Positions 1 through 8,888 of a stretch of DNA of 64,000 bases are shown in pieces. How positions within the stretch are numbered: position 1 is the stretch's first letter; the number at the start of each line of letters is the position of its first letter. The DNA is taken from contig JAGXFS010000140.1 of the NCBI GenBank assembly GCA_024637275.1, positions 11,562 through 75,561 on the forward strand, given 5' to 3'. This DNA is from Acidimicrobiia bacterium (GTDB taxonomy: Bacteria; Actinomycetota; Acidimicrobiia; Spongiisociales; JAENVV01). The notes under the pieces are model-generated. The model saw only the letters and a list, made by a program, of their open reading frames with translations, was not told the DNA's origin and ran no database searches. The position numbers were made by a program, and so were the translations under genes.

Positions 1-497
1 CGAGCTGGTCATTCGAGCTCATCGTCAATTCCGCCCTGGCCGTATCAATCGCGGCGGGGCTCTGGTGGATGTACTTCGACAATATGGAGGGATCGGTCGT
101 CCGGCGGACGGGTGAACGTCCCAAAGCATGGAAACCGACTGCGTGGATCTATTCGCACATGCCGCTCGGCGCGTCCCTGGTAATCGTGGCGGTCGGGTTG
201 GAGCAAGCCGTTGCAAAACACCTCGATCACGGAGAGTTCTGGCTGACTTCAGGCGGGATGGCCGGTGCCCTGGGGTTTATGGCTTTGATTAATTTTGCCA
301 ATGAAAAAGACGGGACCCGGGGCATCAACAGTCAGCGCGCCGTACGCCGATTGATGGGCGCCGGAGCCGTACTAATCGCCGGGGCAGTGGTTCAGGTGCT
401 AGGCCCGCCCAATCCAACAGCATGGCTGATCGTGCTGCTCGTGGTTGCTGTAGTGCAGGTAGCGAGTGACCTGGTGCTCAACGCTCAGGAAGCCTGA
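1..497 (+). CDS. Polytopic membrane protein, possibly LtrA (low-temperature-requirement A) family. The 5' end is truncated by the window edge.
   Basis: The ORF track gives 69..497, but the same frame stays open and hydrophobic back to position 3 (SWSFELIVNSALAVSIAAGLWWM...). Several predicted TM helices. The LtrA assignment rests only on overall resemblance. Confidence 0.4.
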   Translation, partial: SWSFELIVNSALAVSIAAGLWWMYFDNMEGSVVRRTGERPKAWKPTAWIYSHMPLGASLVIVAVGLEQAVAKHLDHGEFWLTSGGMAGALGFMALINFANEKDGTRGINSQRAVRRLMGAGAVLIAGAVVQVLGPPNPTAWLIVLLVVAVVQVASDLVLNAQEA

Positions 498-844
498 TTG
501 CCCGCCAATTTGGCGAGGACCCCGTTTACGAAGCCACCCGACTTCTCGGTTGAGTACAGCTTGGCGAGTCGCACTGCCTCCGAAAGCACAACCGCGACCG
601 GCGTATCGCGTTCGTAAAGCAACTCGAAAGCGCCAAGTCGGAGTATCGCCCGGTCGACGGCCGGCATCCGTTCGGTTCGCCAGCCTTCGGCGACGGCATT
701 AATACGTTCATCAAGCTCCGCGAGATGCTCGGACACGCCCCGCACCAGCCGTTGGGCCTTGTCGGGTAAATCCGACGAGGCCATCTGGCCGTGCAAGTCG
801 ATGGCATACAAAGCGGTGAGCGCCGCGTCGCGAGGCTCGTTCAC
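485..844 (-). CDS. nusB: Transcription antitermination factor NusB
   Basis: 119-aa protein with the NusB fold signature (LYAIDLHGQ...RAILRLGAFELLYERDTPVAVVLSEAVRLAK). It lies directly downstream of efp, as in actinobacteria. Confidence 0.85.
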   Translation of the reverse strand: MNEPRDAALTALYAIDLHGQMASSDLPDKAQRLVRGVSEHLAELDERINAVAEGWRTERMPAVDRAILRLGAFELLYERDTPVAVVLSEAVRLAKLYSTEKSGGFVNGVLAKLAGNQAS

Positions 845-1398
845 ACGCGGGTCATGTATTCACCGGTGCGAGTGTCGACCTTGATCACATCTCCGGTTTC
901 GATAAAGAGCGGAACGTTGACGGTGCGTCCGGTTTGCACCGTGACGGGCTTGGTCCCACCAGAGGACCGATCACCTTTCACCCCAGGTTCGGCAAAGGTC
1001 ACTTCAAGCTCGACCGACGCGGGCAGCTCAACACCGATCGGTCGGGACTCGTGCAGTGGGAGAACGACGGTCGCCCCTTCCACAAGATACGTACCGGCGT
1101 CGCCGACATCCTCCTCCGATACGGCGAACTGGGAGAATTCCTCAAGATCCATGAAGTGAAATCCGAGGTCATCCTGATACAAGAACTGATGCTCCTTGCG
1201 GTCGATGACAGCACGATCGACATCCTCACCCGCCCGAAACGTCCGATCTATCACGGCGCCGGTCTCGGCGTTCTTCAACTTCAATCGGACGAACGCCTTG
1301 CCCTTGCCCGGTTTGACGTGCTGATACTCGATGATCGTAAAGAGACCGTTCTCAATGCTGATCGCCATTCCTGGCTTGACATCATTTGTCGAGATCAT
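841..1398 (-). CDS. efp: Elongation factor P
   Basis: 185 aa (MISTNDVKPGMAI...VKPGKGKAFVRLKLKN...). Typical EF-P KOW and OB domains. The stop overlaps the nusB start. Confidence 0.9.
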   Translation of the reverse strand: MISTNDVKPGMAISIENGLFTIIEYQHVKPGKGKAFVRLKLKNAETGAVIDRTFRAGEDVDRAVIDRKEHQFLYQDDLGFHFMDLEEFSQFAVSEEDVGDAGTYLVEGATVVLPLHESRPIGVELPASVELEVTFAEPGVKGDRSSGGTKPVTVQTGRTVNVPLFIETGDVIKVDTRTGEYMTRV

Positions 1399-1433
1399 CT
1401 GGTACTCCGGTCGGTGGCAGCATCCTAGTGGCG

Positions 1434-2462
1434 CTAGCCCAGCCCGATCGCATCTAGACCGAGAGCAACCTCGTCGGCGGTGACATAGTCAATTCGTGGC
1501 GATCCGACCGCATCAAGGAGAACCATTTTGAGGCCGTTGGCGTCACGCTTCTTGTCGAGCCAGATGAGTTCCTCAACCTGGCGTCGATCAGCGGTGGAGG
1601 TCACGGGCAAGCCCAGCGCTTTCAACACATCGCGCATCGGGTAATCGAAGCCGTACCTCCGCCGGGATAGGTCAGCAGCTGCGACCATCCCGATGGCTAC
1701 GGCTTCACCGTGGCTGATTCCTTGAGCGATCTCGACGCCATGACCGACGGTGTGACCGAAGTTGAGGATCATGCGTTGACCGGCTTCCCGGAAATCACCA
1801 TTCACGACATCAACCTTCACCGCAACCGCCCGCTCAACTACTTCGACCATCGGCGGGTTCTCGGGAAACTGCTCAAAGAGTGACACGAGGTCCGGATCTG
1901 CGATGAATCCGGCTTTGATGGCTTCGGCCCACCCCTCGCGCTTGATACCGGCGGGCAGCGCGTCGAGTACGTCGGTGTCGACGACAACCCGGGCTGGATG
2001 CGTGAAGGTGCCAACCAGGTTCTTGCCGGCCAGGTTGATGCCCGTCTTGCCGCCGATGGCCGCATCGATGGCCCCGAGCACCGTCGTAGGTACGTAGACG
2101 GCTTCGATACCTCGCAGCCAGGTCGATGCCACGAACCCGGCTACGTCAGTCAGGGCGCCGCCCCCCACCCCGACAATCGTGTCGTGGCGGCCGACCCCGA
2201 GACGGGCCAAGGATTCGTAGAGTTCAGCCACCAACTCCCAGCTTTTTGCTCCGTCCCGGTCGGGCAGTTCGACAACGGTGTGGTCAACGCGGAGGTTTGC
2301 TGCAATGCCGTCGGCGATGATCCTCGGCGTTCCCGGCTGGGTCAGCACGATGACCTGATGACGCCCGGCGCGATCAGGAAGGACCGGCTGAGTGGCCAGA
2401 CCCGGCCCGGCCACTATCTCAGTGGCGAGGACCCCGTTGGTGAGTACTTCAAAACGAGACAC
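1434..2462 (-). CDS. aroB: 3-dehydroquinate synthase
   Basis: 342 aa with a Gly-rich NAD-binding motif (VGVGGGALTDVAGFVASTW) and metal-binding His residues (GHTVGHGVE). Sits in the aro operon. Confidence 0.9.
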   Translation of the reverse strand: MSRFEVLTNGVLATEIVAGPGLATQPVLPDRAGRHQVIVLTQPGTPRIIADGIAANLRVDHTVVELPDRDGAKSWELVAELYESLARLGVGRHDTIVGVGGGALTDVAGFVASTWLRGIEAVYVPTTVLGAIDAAIGGKTGINLAGKNLVGTFTHPARVVVDTDVLDALPAGIKREGWAEAIKAGFIADPDLVSLFEQFPENPPMVEVVERAVAVKVDVVNGDFREAGQRMILNFGHTVGHGVEIAQGISHGEAVAIGMVAAADLSRRRYGFDYPMRDVLKALGLPVTSTADRRQVEELIWLDKKRDANGLKMVLLDAVGSPRIDYVTADEVALGLDAIGLG

Positions 2463-2480
2463 GATCTCTCTTCCGACTGG

Positions 2481-3623
2481 CTAGAAGCTACGAATCCGCT
2501 TCAGATAATTGGCAACGTTCGTCTGAAAATCACCAACGGTGTCGCCGCCGAACTGACGCTGAAGCTCCTGGGCGAGAACGACCGCCACCATCTGTTCTGC
2601 CACCACCCCGGCGGCAGGGACTGCGCACACGTCGCTACGTTCCCGGAACGCCACATCGGCCTCTTTGGTGTCGACGTCGACAGTATTCAATGGCCGCATA
2701 ACCGTCGATATCGGCTTCATCGCCGCCCGGACCCGCAATGGTTGGCCGGTCGTCATACCGCCTTCTGTGCCACCCGCCCGGTCGGTCTTGCGCACGAACT
2801 CGTCACCTTCACGGTAAATCTCGTCATGGGCAGCTGAGCCCCGCCGCCGAGCTGACTCGAACCCGTCGCCAACTTCAACGCCCTTGATCGCCTGGATCGA
2901 CATAAGGGCGTAGGCGAGACGAGCATCGAGTCGTCGGTCCCAATGGGTGTGCGAGCCAACGCCGACCGGCAGCCCATGGACAACGACCTCGACGACCCCA
3001 CCGAGGGTGTCACGATCCGCTTTGGCCGCTTCAATCTCGGCGATCATTCTGTCTTCGCCGCTCAGCGCCCGAACCGGCGAATCGTCGATGGCGGCGAGAT
3101 CTTCTGGCATTGGCAGAACCCCGTCAGATTGAGCCGTACCGATCTCGACGACATGGGAGAGCACCGCAACGCCAATGCAACTCAGGAGTTGCTTGGCAAC
3201 ATATCCGACCACGGTACGGGCGGCCGTCTCGCGGGCCGAGGCTCGTTCGAGAATATTGCGAGCATCATGCGTGTCGTATTTTTGCATCCCGACCAGATCG
3301 GCATGGCCCGGACGTGGGGTCGTAAGGGCTCGATCGGTTTCACCCGGGTCAGGAGACATCTCCTTCTCCCATCGCGGCCACTCTGTGTTGCGAATCAGAA
3401 CGGCGATTGGACTTCCGAGGGTCGACCCGTGGCGAACGCCTCCGAGGATCTCCAGGACATCTTTCTCGAGTTTCATCCGGTTGCCGCGCCCGTACCCGAG
3501 GCGACGCCGGGCCAGCTCGGCGCTCAACTCGTCACGCAGGAACGGTAAGCCGCTGGGGGCACCTTCAATCGTGGCGACCAGGCCAGGTCCGTGGGACTCG
3601 CCGGCGGTCAGGAAACGCAGCAT
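2481..3623 (-). CDS. aroC: Chorismate synthase
   Basis: 380 aa starting [26 protein letters not shown], the conserved chorismate synthase N-terminus. Confidence 0.9.
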   Translation of the reverse strand: MLRFLTAGESHGPGLVATIEGAPSGLPFLRDELSAELARRRLGYGRGNRMKLEKDVLEILGGVRHGSTLGSPIAVLIRNTEWPRWEKEMSPDPGETDRALTTPRPGHADLVGMQKYDTHDARNILERASARETAARTVVGYVAKQLLSCIGVAVLSHVVEIGTAQSDGVLPMPEDLAAIDDSPVRALSGEDRMIAEIEAAKADRDTLGGVVEVVVHGLPVGVGSHTHWDRRLDARLAYALMSIQAIKGVEVGDGFESARRRGSAAHDEIYREGDEFVRKTDRAGGTEGGMTTGQPLRVRAAMKPISTVMRPLNTVDVDTKEADVAFRERSDVCAVPAAGVVAEQMVAVVLAQELQRQFGGDTVGDFQTNVANYLKRIRSF

Positions 3624-3688
3624 CTGAACACTCTCGACATAGGAGCCGTAGCGTACACGAGATCAGTGTCCAGACCGACCGGCCCGGA

Positions 3689-4231
3689 TCACTTGAGGAT
3701 CTCTTGGCCCTCCACGACCTCGAACGCGTTGTCGCCGAACAGGAACACCGCTCGACCCAACGTGCCAGCACTCTCATCTGGCGGCGTGATCGAAATGACT
3801 TTGTACGACCCGGCGAACGTGTCGCCAACTCCAACGATATGGGTCGTTCCGTTCAGCACCACCTCAACAGTCAAAACCCCATCAGAGTCGGTCTGAATAT
3901 TGCTGACTTTGAAAGTGATCCCGTTGCGGCCACCCGATCCAGGCCCAAAATTGGCCGTTCCATCATCGAGAATCAGGGGACGGAAAGGGTCCCGGGGCTG
4001 GGAGGTTTGTAGGTTGGAAGCGACCACATCTCCAGCAACCAGCTGGGACACGTTGCCCGACGGTGCCGACTGAGGCGCAGCTTCGGCGATCAACGTTGCG
4101 TCGTATGGATTCGCTCCCGCCCCGAAGACCGCCGGAGCGATACCAAACCAGGCGACTGCCAGTCCAAGTCCGACCATGACGATCGCTAATGCGGTTGCCG
4201 ATCCAGATCCTCGCTTTTGCTTATGCATCAT
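3689..4231 (-). CDS. Type IV pilus-associated bitopic membrane protein (PilP-like, last gene of the pilMNOP block)
   Basis: 180 aa with one N-terminal TM helix (ALAIVMVGLGLAVAWFGIAPAVF) and an extracytoplasmic beta-rich domain. Its start overlaps the pilO stop. The assignment is by position only. Confidence 0.4.
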   Translation of the reverse strand: MMHKQKRGSGSATALAIVMVGLGLAVAWFGIAPAVFGAGANPYDATLIAEAAPQSAPSGNVSQLVAGDVVASNLQTSQPRDPFRPLILDDGTANFGPGSGGRNGITFKVSNIQTDSDGVLTVEVVLNGTTHIVGVGDTFAGSYKVISITPPDESAGTLGRAVFLFGDNAFEVVEGQEILK

Positions 4232-4878
4232 CCACCCACCGTGGTCGTGGTCGTCGAGGAATCTGGCGTCGTGGTCGTGGTCGTGGTCTCGTCGACCGGG
4301 ATATCCGGTTCTGCAACCTCTGGCGGGAGCGGAACGACAATCGCCCCCGTCGTGAACGCCATCGCGTTGATCGTAACTGTCAGGGTGTTGACGCCGGTCT
4401 CGCTGTCAATTGCAGGAGCTACGGTGATCCCGTCAACCCGAATCAGCCGATCCAATTCCGCAAGCCCGTACATGTATCCGAGCACTTCGAAATACTGGCC
4501 CGTAACGGTCATAGCGAGCGCCACCTCACGGACTCCGGTATTGCTCTGTTCGCCCGGAGTACTGAAACTGACAGCTTCCCAAACGACGTTGGCACGGTCA
4601 GCCAACACCGACAACTCATCCGTCAAACCGTCAATCTGCGGAAGTTCCGGGATAGACAACAGCATGTTGGCGTTGGCACGGTCATATTCGGGGAGCCGCT
4701 CATTAATCCGATTCAACTCGTTGAGACGTTGACGTAGCGCGTTCTCTTGGGCTTGGAGTGTTGACAGCTCCTGCTCCTGGATTGCGATGTCCTCGCCAAT
4801 CGGGGTCCACAGTAGGAAGTAGAAGGCTGCGCCAACCAAAAGCATCAGTGGAATCGCGATGAGCATGGCCCGTCTCAT
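4228..4878 (-). CDS. pilO: Type IV pilus assembly protein PilO
   Basis: The track ORF 4228..5025 overlaps pilN, so an internal Met (MRRAMLIAIPLMLLVGAAFYF...) was chosen as start. TM helix followed by a coiled coil (ELSTLQAQENALRQRLNELNRINERL). Thr-rich C-terminal tail. Confidence 0.6.
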   Translation of the reverse strand: MRRAMLIAIPLMLLVGAAFYFLLWTPIGEDIAIQEQELSTLQAQENALRQRLNELNRINERLPEYDRANANMLLSIPELPQIDGLTDELSVLADRANVVWEAVSFSTPGEQSNTGVREVALAMTVTGQYFEVLGYMYGLAELDRLIRVDGITVAPAIDSETGVNTLTVTINAMAFTTGAIVVPLPPEVAEPDIPVDETTTTTTTPDSSTTTTTVGG

Positions 4879-5504
4879 TCTGAAATCTCCACGATGCGGG
4901 TCGTCGACCGGTTCGAAAGTGCCTGAGTAGTGAGAGATGCCGACGATGAGAAGTCCACCGTCGAGAAATCGCCAATCGCGGCTTGGGTAATACTTGATAC
5001 CCAAGCACCCCCGAGTGCGGACCACTCAGTTGAGTCGAGGGTTCTAAACCAGGTTGAAGCATCCGGATAGTCAAAGGCGGTACCGGTAAACGTCACCGAC
5101 CCGTAAGTTGGGGTTTCACCGGTGTCGTCTTCGGGAGGAGCGGCGCCGGCCGTCAACGTTCCGACCCAGGTCCGCGGAGGTAAAACCCTCCCGAGGTCGT
5201 TCAAGAATCGACCCCAGTCGACGTCCACCGCCAGAGATTCAGTGATCTGCGAAGAGCGGCTTTCATAAAGATCAAGCGCTGCCGCTGCGTCGGACAACGC
5301 CGCAATGTCATTCTCAAGACGGGCGTTCGCCGCGCGCTGATTGTCGACGTTGTCAACGGCAGCGGACAGAGCCTGCGTTCGGAGGAACCACAACCCACCA
5401 AGGGCCACGAGAAAAATCACGAACAAGAGAACCACAAACGCGGAGCCACGCCGCTGCCGGGCAGCCCGTGCTTGCTCGGGAGGCAGGAGATTAATCGGCC
5501 GCAC
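4875..5504 (-). CDS. pilN: Type IV pilus assembly protein PilN
   Basis: 209 aa with the PilN hallmark N-terminus MRPINLLPPEQ (INLLP motif), then a TM helix and coiled coil. Abuts the pilM stop. Confidence 0.65.
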   Translation of the reverse strand: MRPINLLPPEQARAARQRRGSAFVVLLFVIFLVALGGLWFLRTQALSAAVDNVDNQRAANARLENDIAALSDAAAALDLYESRSSQITESLAVDVDWGRFLNDLGRVLPPRTWVGTLTAGAAPPEDDTGETPTYGSVTFTGTAFDYPDASTWFRTLDSTEWSALGGAWVSSITQAAIGDFSTVDFSSSASLTTQALSNRSTTRIVEISE

Positions 5505-6578
5505 TTATGCTTCTCCCCATAGTGCCAGACCAACCGCCACCGGCAGAACCGGTTGGGTCTGGTTGAGTTCCTCTTCGGTTAAGCCAGTCTTGCCTACGGA
5601 TAGTCGGTCGGAATTCAGCAACGCTACCGGTTGGAGCTGCATGTTGAGCTGGACCCGCATGCGGTTGGCGAGGTGCGGGAGACGCGCTCCGTTGCCAGCG
5701 ATCATGATGGTGTCGATCCCCCCGTCTTCGGCCGACGAAAGATAGAAATCAAGCGAACTGCGCACCTCATCGACCAGTGCGTCAGCCTGGCGGGTCAATG
5801 CAGCCATCGCTACGGCATCCGGGTCATTGCCAGTCGGCATTCCTTCGATAGCCACACCCAGACGCCGCTTCAACTGCTCAGCTTGATCCTGATCAATACC
5901 CAGAGCGTCCGTGACGCTCTGGGTGAAGTCGTTGCCGCCGTTGGGCACAATGCGCAAGAATCGCAACGTGCCGCCTTTGATGACGAGCACCTGCGTCAAG
6001 CTCGCGCCGATATTGACAATCGCCTTCGGGTTGGGACTCAGGTCGATGTCCCCACCGGTGGCCGCCCGCACCAGCGCAAACGCCTGGAGGTCAATAGCCT
6101 TGGGCTTGATGCCGGCTCCACCCAAAATCCGCACCACATCCGAAGCCATCTCCTTCTGGGCGGCCACGACCATGATCGACATGCGGGCTTCGCCTTCTGG
6201 CGTTGAAAACTCCTCCAACGGAACGAAATCCAGGATGGCTTCGTCGATGGGAATGGGAATATATTCTTGCGCTTGGAAAGCCAGCGACTCCGCCAGTTCG
6301 CTCTCCTGCATATAGGGCACAGAGATCTGGCGGACGATCACACGTTGATTGGCAATCCCGACAATCACATTCTTCTTGGGGATCTTCGCCTCTTTGAACA
6401 GCCGGGTTAGGGCGTCCTGGAGCACGGTTTCGTCGACGATCTCGCCGTTCTGAATTGCTCCGGGCGGCAACGCGACTTCTGCGAACTTCTTGAGGACCGG
6501 CGGACCCTTTTTCGAGGTCTCAACAAGCGCAGCTCGTACGGCACTCGTTCCGATGTCCAGACCGACATTGGCGGTCAT
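5505..6578 (-). CDS. pilM: Type IV pilus assembly ATPase-like protein PilM (actin-like fold)
   Basis: Start set at the internal Met of MTANVGLDIGTSAVRAALVE, the PilM/FtsA-like phosphate-1 motif. It is preceded by AAGGAG on the minus strand. The track ORF runs to 6608. Confidence 0.8.
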   Translation of the reverse strand: MTANVGLDIGTSAVRAALVETSKKGPPVLKKFAEVALPPGAIQNGEIVDETVLQDALTRLFKEAKIPKKNVIVGIANQRVIVRQISVPYMQESELAESLAFQAQEYIPIPIDEAILDFVPLEEFSTPEGEARMSIMVVAAQKEMASDVVRILGGAGIKPKAIDLQAFALVRAATGGDIDLSPNPKAIVNIGASLTQVLVIKGGTLRFLRIVPNGGNDFTQSVTDALGIDQDQAEQLKRRLGVAIEGMPTGNDPDAVAMAALTRQADALVDEVRSSLDFYLSSAEDGGIDTIMIAGNGARLPHLANRMRVQLNMQLQPVALLNSDRLSVGKTGLTEEELNQTQPVLPVAVGLALWGEA

Positions 6579-6691
6579 TCTTACGCTCCTTGGCGGCCAG
6601 CACCGCAATCCCTTGCCCGTAGGCTACAACATCGTAATTACAAACGTGTTGTTTTGGAAGCGTAGCCGCGTGCGAGCGATCGTCGCAAGAA

Positions 6692-7489
6692 CTAGCCGAT
6701 GCCGAGATAAGCCCGGGCGATCTCATTGCCGAACGCAATCGCCAGCCAGGCACCAGCAACCATCGATGGGCCAAAAGGAATTGCGTCCTTGCGACTAACT
6801 CGCCTGGTGATAAGGAGAAGAATCGACACTCCCCCACCGATGAAGACCGCCCCGAACACCGCTACAACCAAAGCCGCCCAGGACACGTATCCAACGAACA
6901 TACCGAGGAAAAACGCCAGCTTCACATCACCCATCCCGAAGCCGGCCGGTACGAGCAAAGCCAGGATGAGAAAACCACCAAAATATGCGAGTGCGGTGAT
7001 CCAGGATCGACCGTAGGAACCAAGCCCACCTTCCGCAACTGCCCCCGCCCCGAGCAGCAGAGCACCAACTAGTGCTCCCGGGAACAGAATCCGGTTGGGG
7101 ATCCGTTTGGTGTCAAAATCGATGAGCGCCAAGGCCAACGTAACGGCGGCAAACCACAAATAGGCGACGACCGTCCAGTCCAGACCGACGACGAGGTAGA
7201 CGCCGTAAAACAGCGCTGCATTGGCCGCCTCTACGAGCGGGTACCGCGCCGAAATAGGAGTGCGACAGGAACGGCATTTCCCGCGCAAGAGAAGCCAAGA
7301 CAGGACCGGGAGGTTGTCATACGGCTTGATCTCCGTCCCACAGTTCGGGCAAGCCGACGGCGGGCTGACCACAGACAGACCTGCCGGGATTCGATAGACG
7401 ACCACGTTCAGAAAAGAACCAACGACGAGCCCAACCACGATGAACAGATACGGCGCGACTAGCTCAAGGTTGTCCAAATACAGATCCAT
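6692..7489 (-). CDS. pilD: Prepilin peptidase (A24 family, PilD)
   Basis: Zinc-binding Cys tetrad (CPNCGTEI...CRSCRTPI) followed by about 8 TM helices and the DxxxxxG region. Start placed at the internal MDLYLDN; the track ORF extends to 7636 in an unlikely N-terminal extension. Confidence 0.8.
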   Translation of the reverse strand: MDLYLDNLELVAPYLFIVVGLVVGSFLNVVVYRIPAGLSVVSPPSACPNCGTEIKPYDNLPVLSWLLLRGKCRSCRTPISARYPLVEAANAALFYGVYLVVGLDWTVVAYLWFAAVTLALALIDFDTKRIPNRILFPGALVGALLLGAGAVAEGGLGSYGRSWITALAYFGGFLILALLVPAGFGMGDVKLAFFLGMFVGYVSWAALVVAVFGAVFIGGGVSILLLITRRVSRKDAIPFGPSMVAGAWLAIAFGNEIARAYLGIG

Positions 7490-7539
7490 GTGTCCTACTC
7501 GATCGGTCGTGGAGCCTACCCCAAGACCGATCAGTTCAA

Positions 7540-8007
7540 CTACCAACCATTCTGGCAATCGGCGAGTAGGCCGAAGGTCATCGTGGCATCCTGGCCAAAG
7601 TAGGTGCCGGCCGCAGAACCAGATCCCTCGTCCCACAAACAGAACCAGGTACCCGAGTTGCTTTGCGCGACGAACATCACAGCCTGGTCGGCCAGTCCAT
7701 CGGCATTGGCGAGGATCACAAATCCCACCTCGTCCGGGGTCGGCGCCAGCCCGGCGACATACGCGATCCCGGCGTGCACGCGGTCGAGTTCCGGTACTCC
7801 GAAGTTGTAGTCGGCGTTGGTATCGGCATAAATCACCTTGGCCGCAGACAAAGAGTTGCGTAGATCGCTCTGCACAGCTCGGTCCTAGGCCCTGACTCTG
7901 GCTCCTAAGAACGTTGGTATCGCAATGGCAATGAGAATGGCAATAATGAGAACCACCACCATCAGCTCTACCAACGTGAAGCCTTCTTCGTCATGTTTCA
8001 GACGCAT
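7540..8007 (-). pseudogene. Type IVa major-pilin paralog interrupted by an in-frame amber codon at 7885..7887
   Basis: Reading the minus strand from the ATG at 8005..8007 (preceded by GAGGAG) gives MRLKHDEEGFTLVELMVVVLIIAILIAIAIPTFLGARVRA-TAG-DRAVQSDLRNSLSAAKVIYAD..., all in one frame. The intact paralog at 8205..8720 has Gln at the aligned position (GARERAQDRAAQSNLRN). Confidence 0.6.
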
Positions 8008-8019
8008 GAGCTCCTCGCT

Positions 8020-8050
8020 TTCAAATTGTTATATATAGAGAGTTGTATCG
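8020..8050 (-). promoter_or_regulatory. AT-rich putative promoter (-10-like TATATA) for the downstream pilin/pilD transcription unit
   Basis: The stretch ttgttatatatagagagttgtat is strongly AT-rich in an otherwise ~65% GC window. It lies about 20-40 nt upstream of the pilin RBS and start, just after the upstream terminator. Confidence 0.25.
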
Positions 8051-8105
8051 GCGCCAGACAGCTGATGCTGTAGCTCCAAGACGGAGTAGCGGACGCCGGG
8101 TCGAG

Positions 8106-8140
8106 AGAGTATTGGCACCAACTCCACAAAAAAGGGACCG
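8106..8140 (-). terminator. Rho-independent terminator following the intact pilin gene
   Basis: Perfect hairpin aaagggaccgcc-cgaa-ggcggtcccttt. On the minus strand it is followed by a T-run (TTTTTTGTGG). It sits 65 nt downstream of the pilin stop. Confidence 0.55.
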
Positions 8141-8204
8141 CCCGAAGGCGGTCCCTTTCGAATCCGAGCTACCTGACGAATCAGGCAGATCTCAGTTTGG
8201 TTTC

Positions 8205-8720
8205 TTACCAGTCAGTGGCGGCGCACTCGGCCCGGGTGAAGCTCAAGTCGACACCGGTCAGGTCCGACCCGTAGGTGGTACCCGAACCGTACGTCCCGTT
8301 CGTCAACACATCTGAGATACAGAAGCTCGTGCCCGAGGCCGAGTCCGTCGTGAAGGTGATGACCTGACGGTCAGCTGCCGCACTGTTGTTCTCGACAACG
8401 TAGCCAACTTCGTTGGCTCCGACGGTGATGGCTCCAGCAACGAAGGTCAAGCTGGGCTCGATAGCGTTCAGGAGAGCCGGCGTAACATCGGCGGCAGCAC
8501 CATTGGAGAAGTCTTCTTCGTCGGTGTAGTGCACCTTGGCCGAAGTCAACGCGTTGCGAAGGTTCGACTGGGCGGCACGGTCCTGAGCACGCTCACGAGC
8601 ACCGAGGAAGGTCGGGATGGCGATGGCGATAAGAATGGCAATAATCAAAACAACGACCATCAACTCGACGAGGGTGAAACCCTCTTCTTTGTTCAGGCGG
8701 TTACGCATCCATGAAATCAT
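8205..8720 (-). CDS. pilA: Type IVa major pilin (class III signal peptide)
   Basis: 171 aa. Leader MISWMRNRLNKEEG, then FTLVELMVVVLIIAILIAIAIP (cleavage after Gly, Glu at +5). Two Cys near the C-terminus (FCISD...AECAATDW), probably a disulfide-bonded loop. AAGGAG lies 7 nt upstream of the ATG. Confidence 0.8.
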   Translation of the reverse strand: MISWMRNRLNKEEGFTLVELMVVVLIIAILIAIAIPTFLGARERAQDRAAQSNLRNALTSAKVHYTDEEDFSNGAAADVTPALLNAIEPSLTFVAGAITVGANEVGYVVENNSAAADRQVITFTTDSASGTSFCISDVLTNGTYGSGTTYGSDLTGVDLSFTRAECAATDW

Positions 8721-8888
8721 TATGGGACTCCTTATAAGTGTTCAATGTTCCCTGCAGGCCGTCTTGACCTACGTAGGTGTTATCGACGCCCCGGCGCCGA
8801 GACTTAAGAACTAATCCACGATTCTTTAACGAGCCAGGGACCCGCAAAAAGCGAATCCCTGTCTCCGGAATTGGACCGGTTAGCTGGT

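Noticed and set aside
1998-2837. 279-aa plus-strand ORF antisense to aroB/aroC, and many similar long ORFs on the opposite strand of confident genes (e.g. 934..1428, 5631..6206, 10243..10695, 12693..13448, 21325..21831, 29873..30364, 48480..49544, 56676..57305)
   Set aside because: High-GC genomes generate long spurious open frames on the antisense strand. These have Arg/Pro/Gly-rich low-complexity translations and no recognisable motifs, and they overlap well-supported conserved genes.
6579-6691. Possible inverted repeat (caacatcgtaattacaaacgtgttg) in the pilD-pilM spacer
   Set aside because: On close reading the arms do not pair beyond 5 bp. It is likely a chance partial palindrome.
7486-7562. 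Apparent 1-nt register inconsistency I encountered when hand-translating the pilD 5' region near 7560/7561
   Set aside because: The supplied ORF track shows a continuous frame and both anchor points (the stop at 6692 and the GTG at 7634-7636) are verified. The discrepancy is most likely my own reading error rather than a frameshift, so it is not reported as a feature.
7489-7636. N-terminal extensions of track ORFs (pilD to 7636, pilO to 5025, pilM to 6608, aspS to 22749, pgsA to 44951, acyltransferase to 44157, APH-like to 48405, ECF sigma from 57712)
   Set aside because: The extensions overlap upstream genes, lack similarity to the family N-termini, and have internal Met or Val codons with better RBS and homology support. 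Starts were trimmed accordingly.
8836-8862. Weak hairpin (caggga…tccctg with a 15-nt loop) between the pilin start and pilC stop
   Set aside because: The stem is short, the loop is long and there is no U-tract. It is not convincing as a terminator or attenuator.
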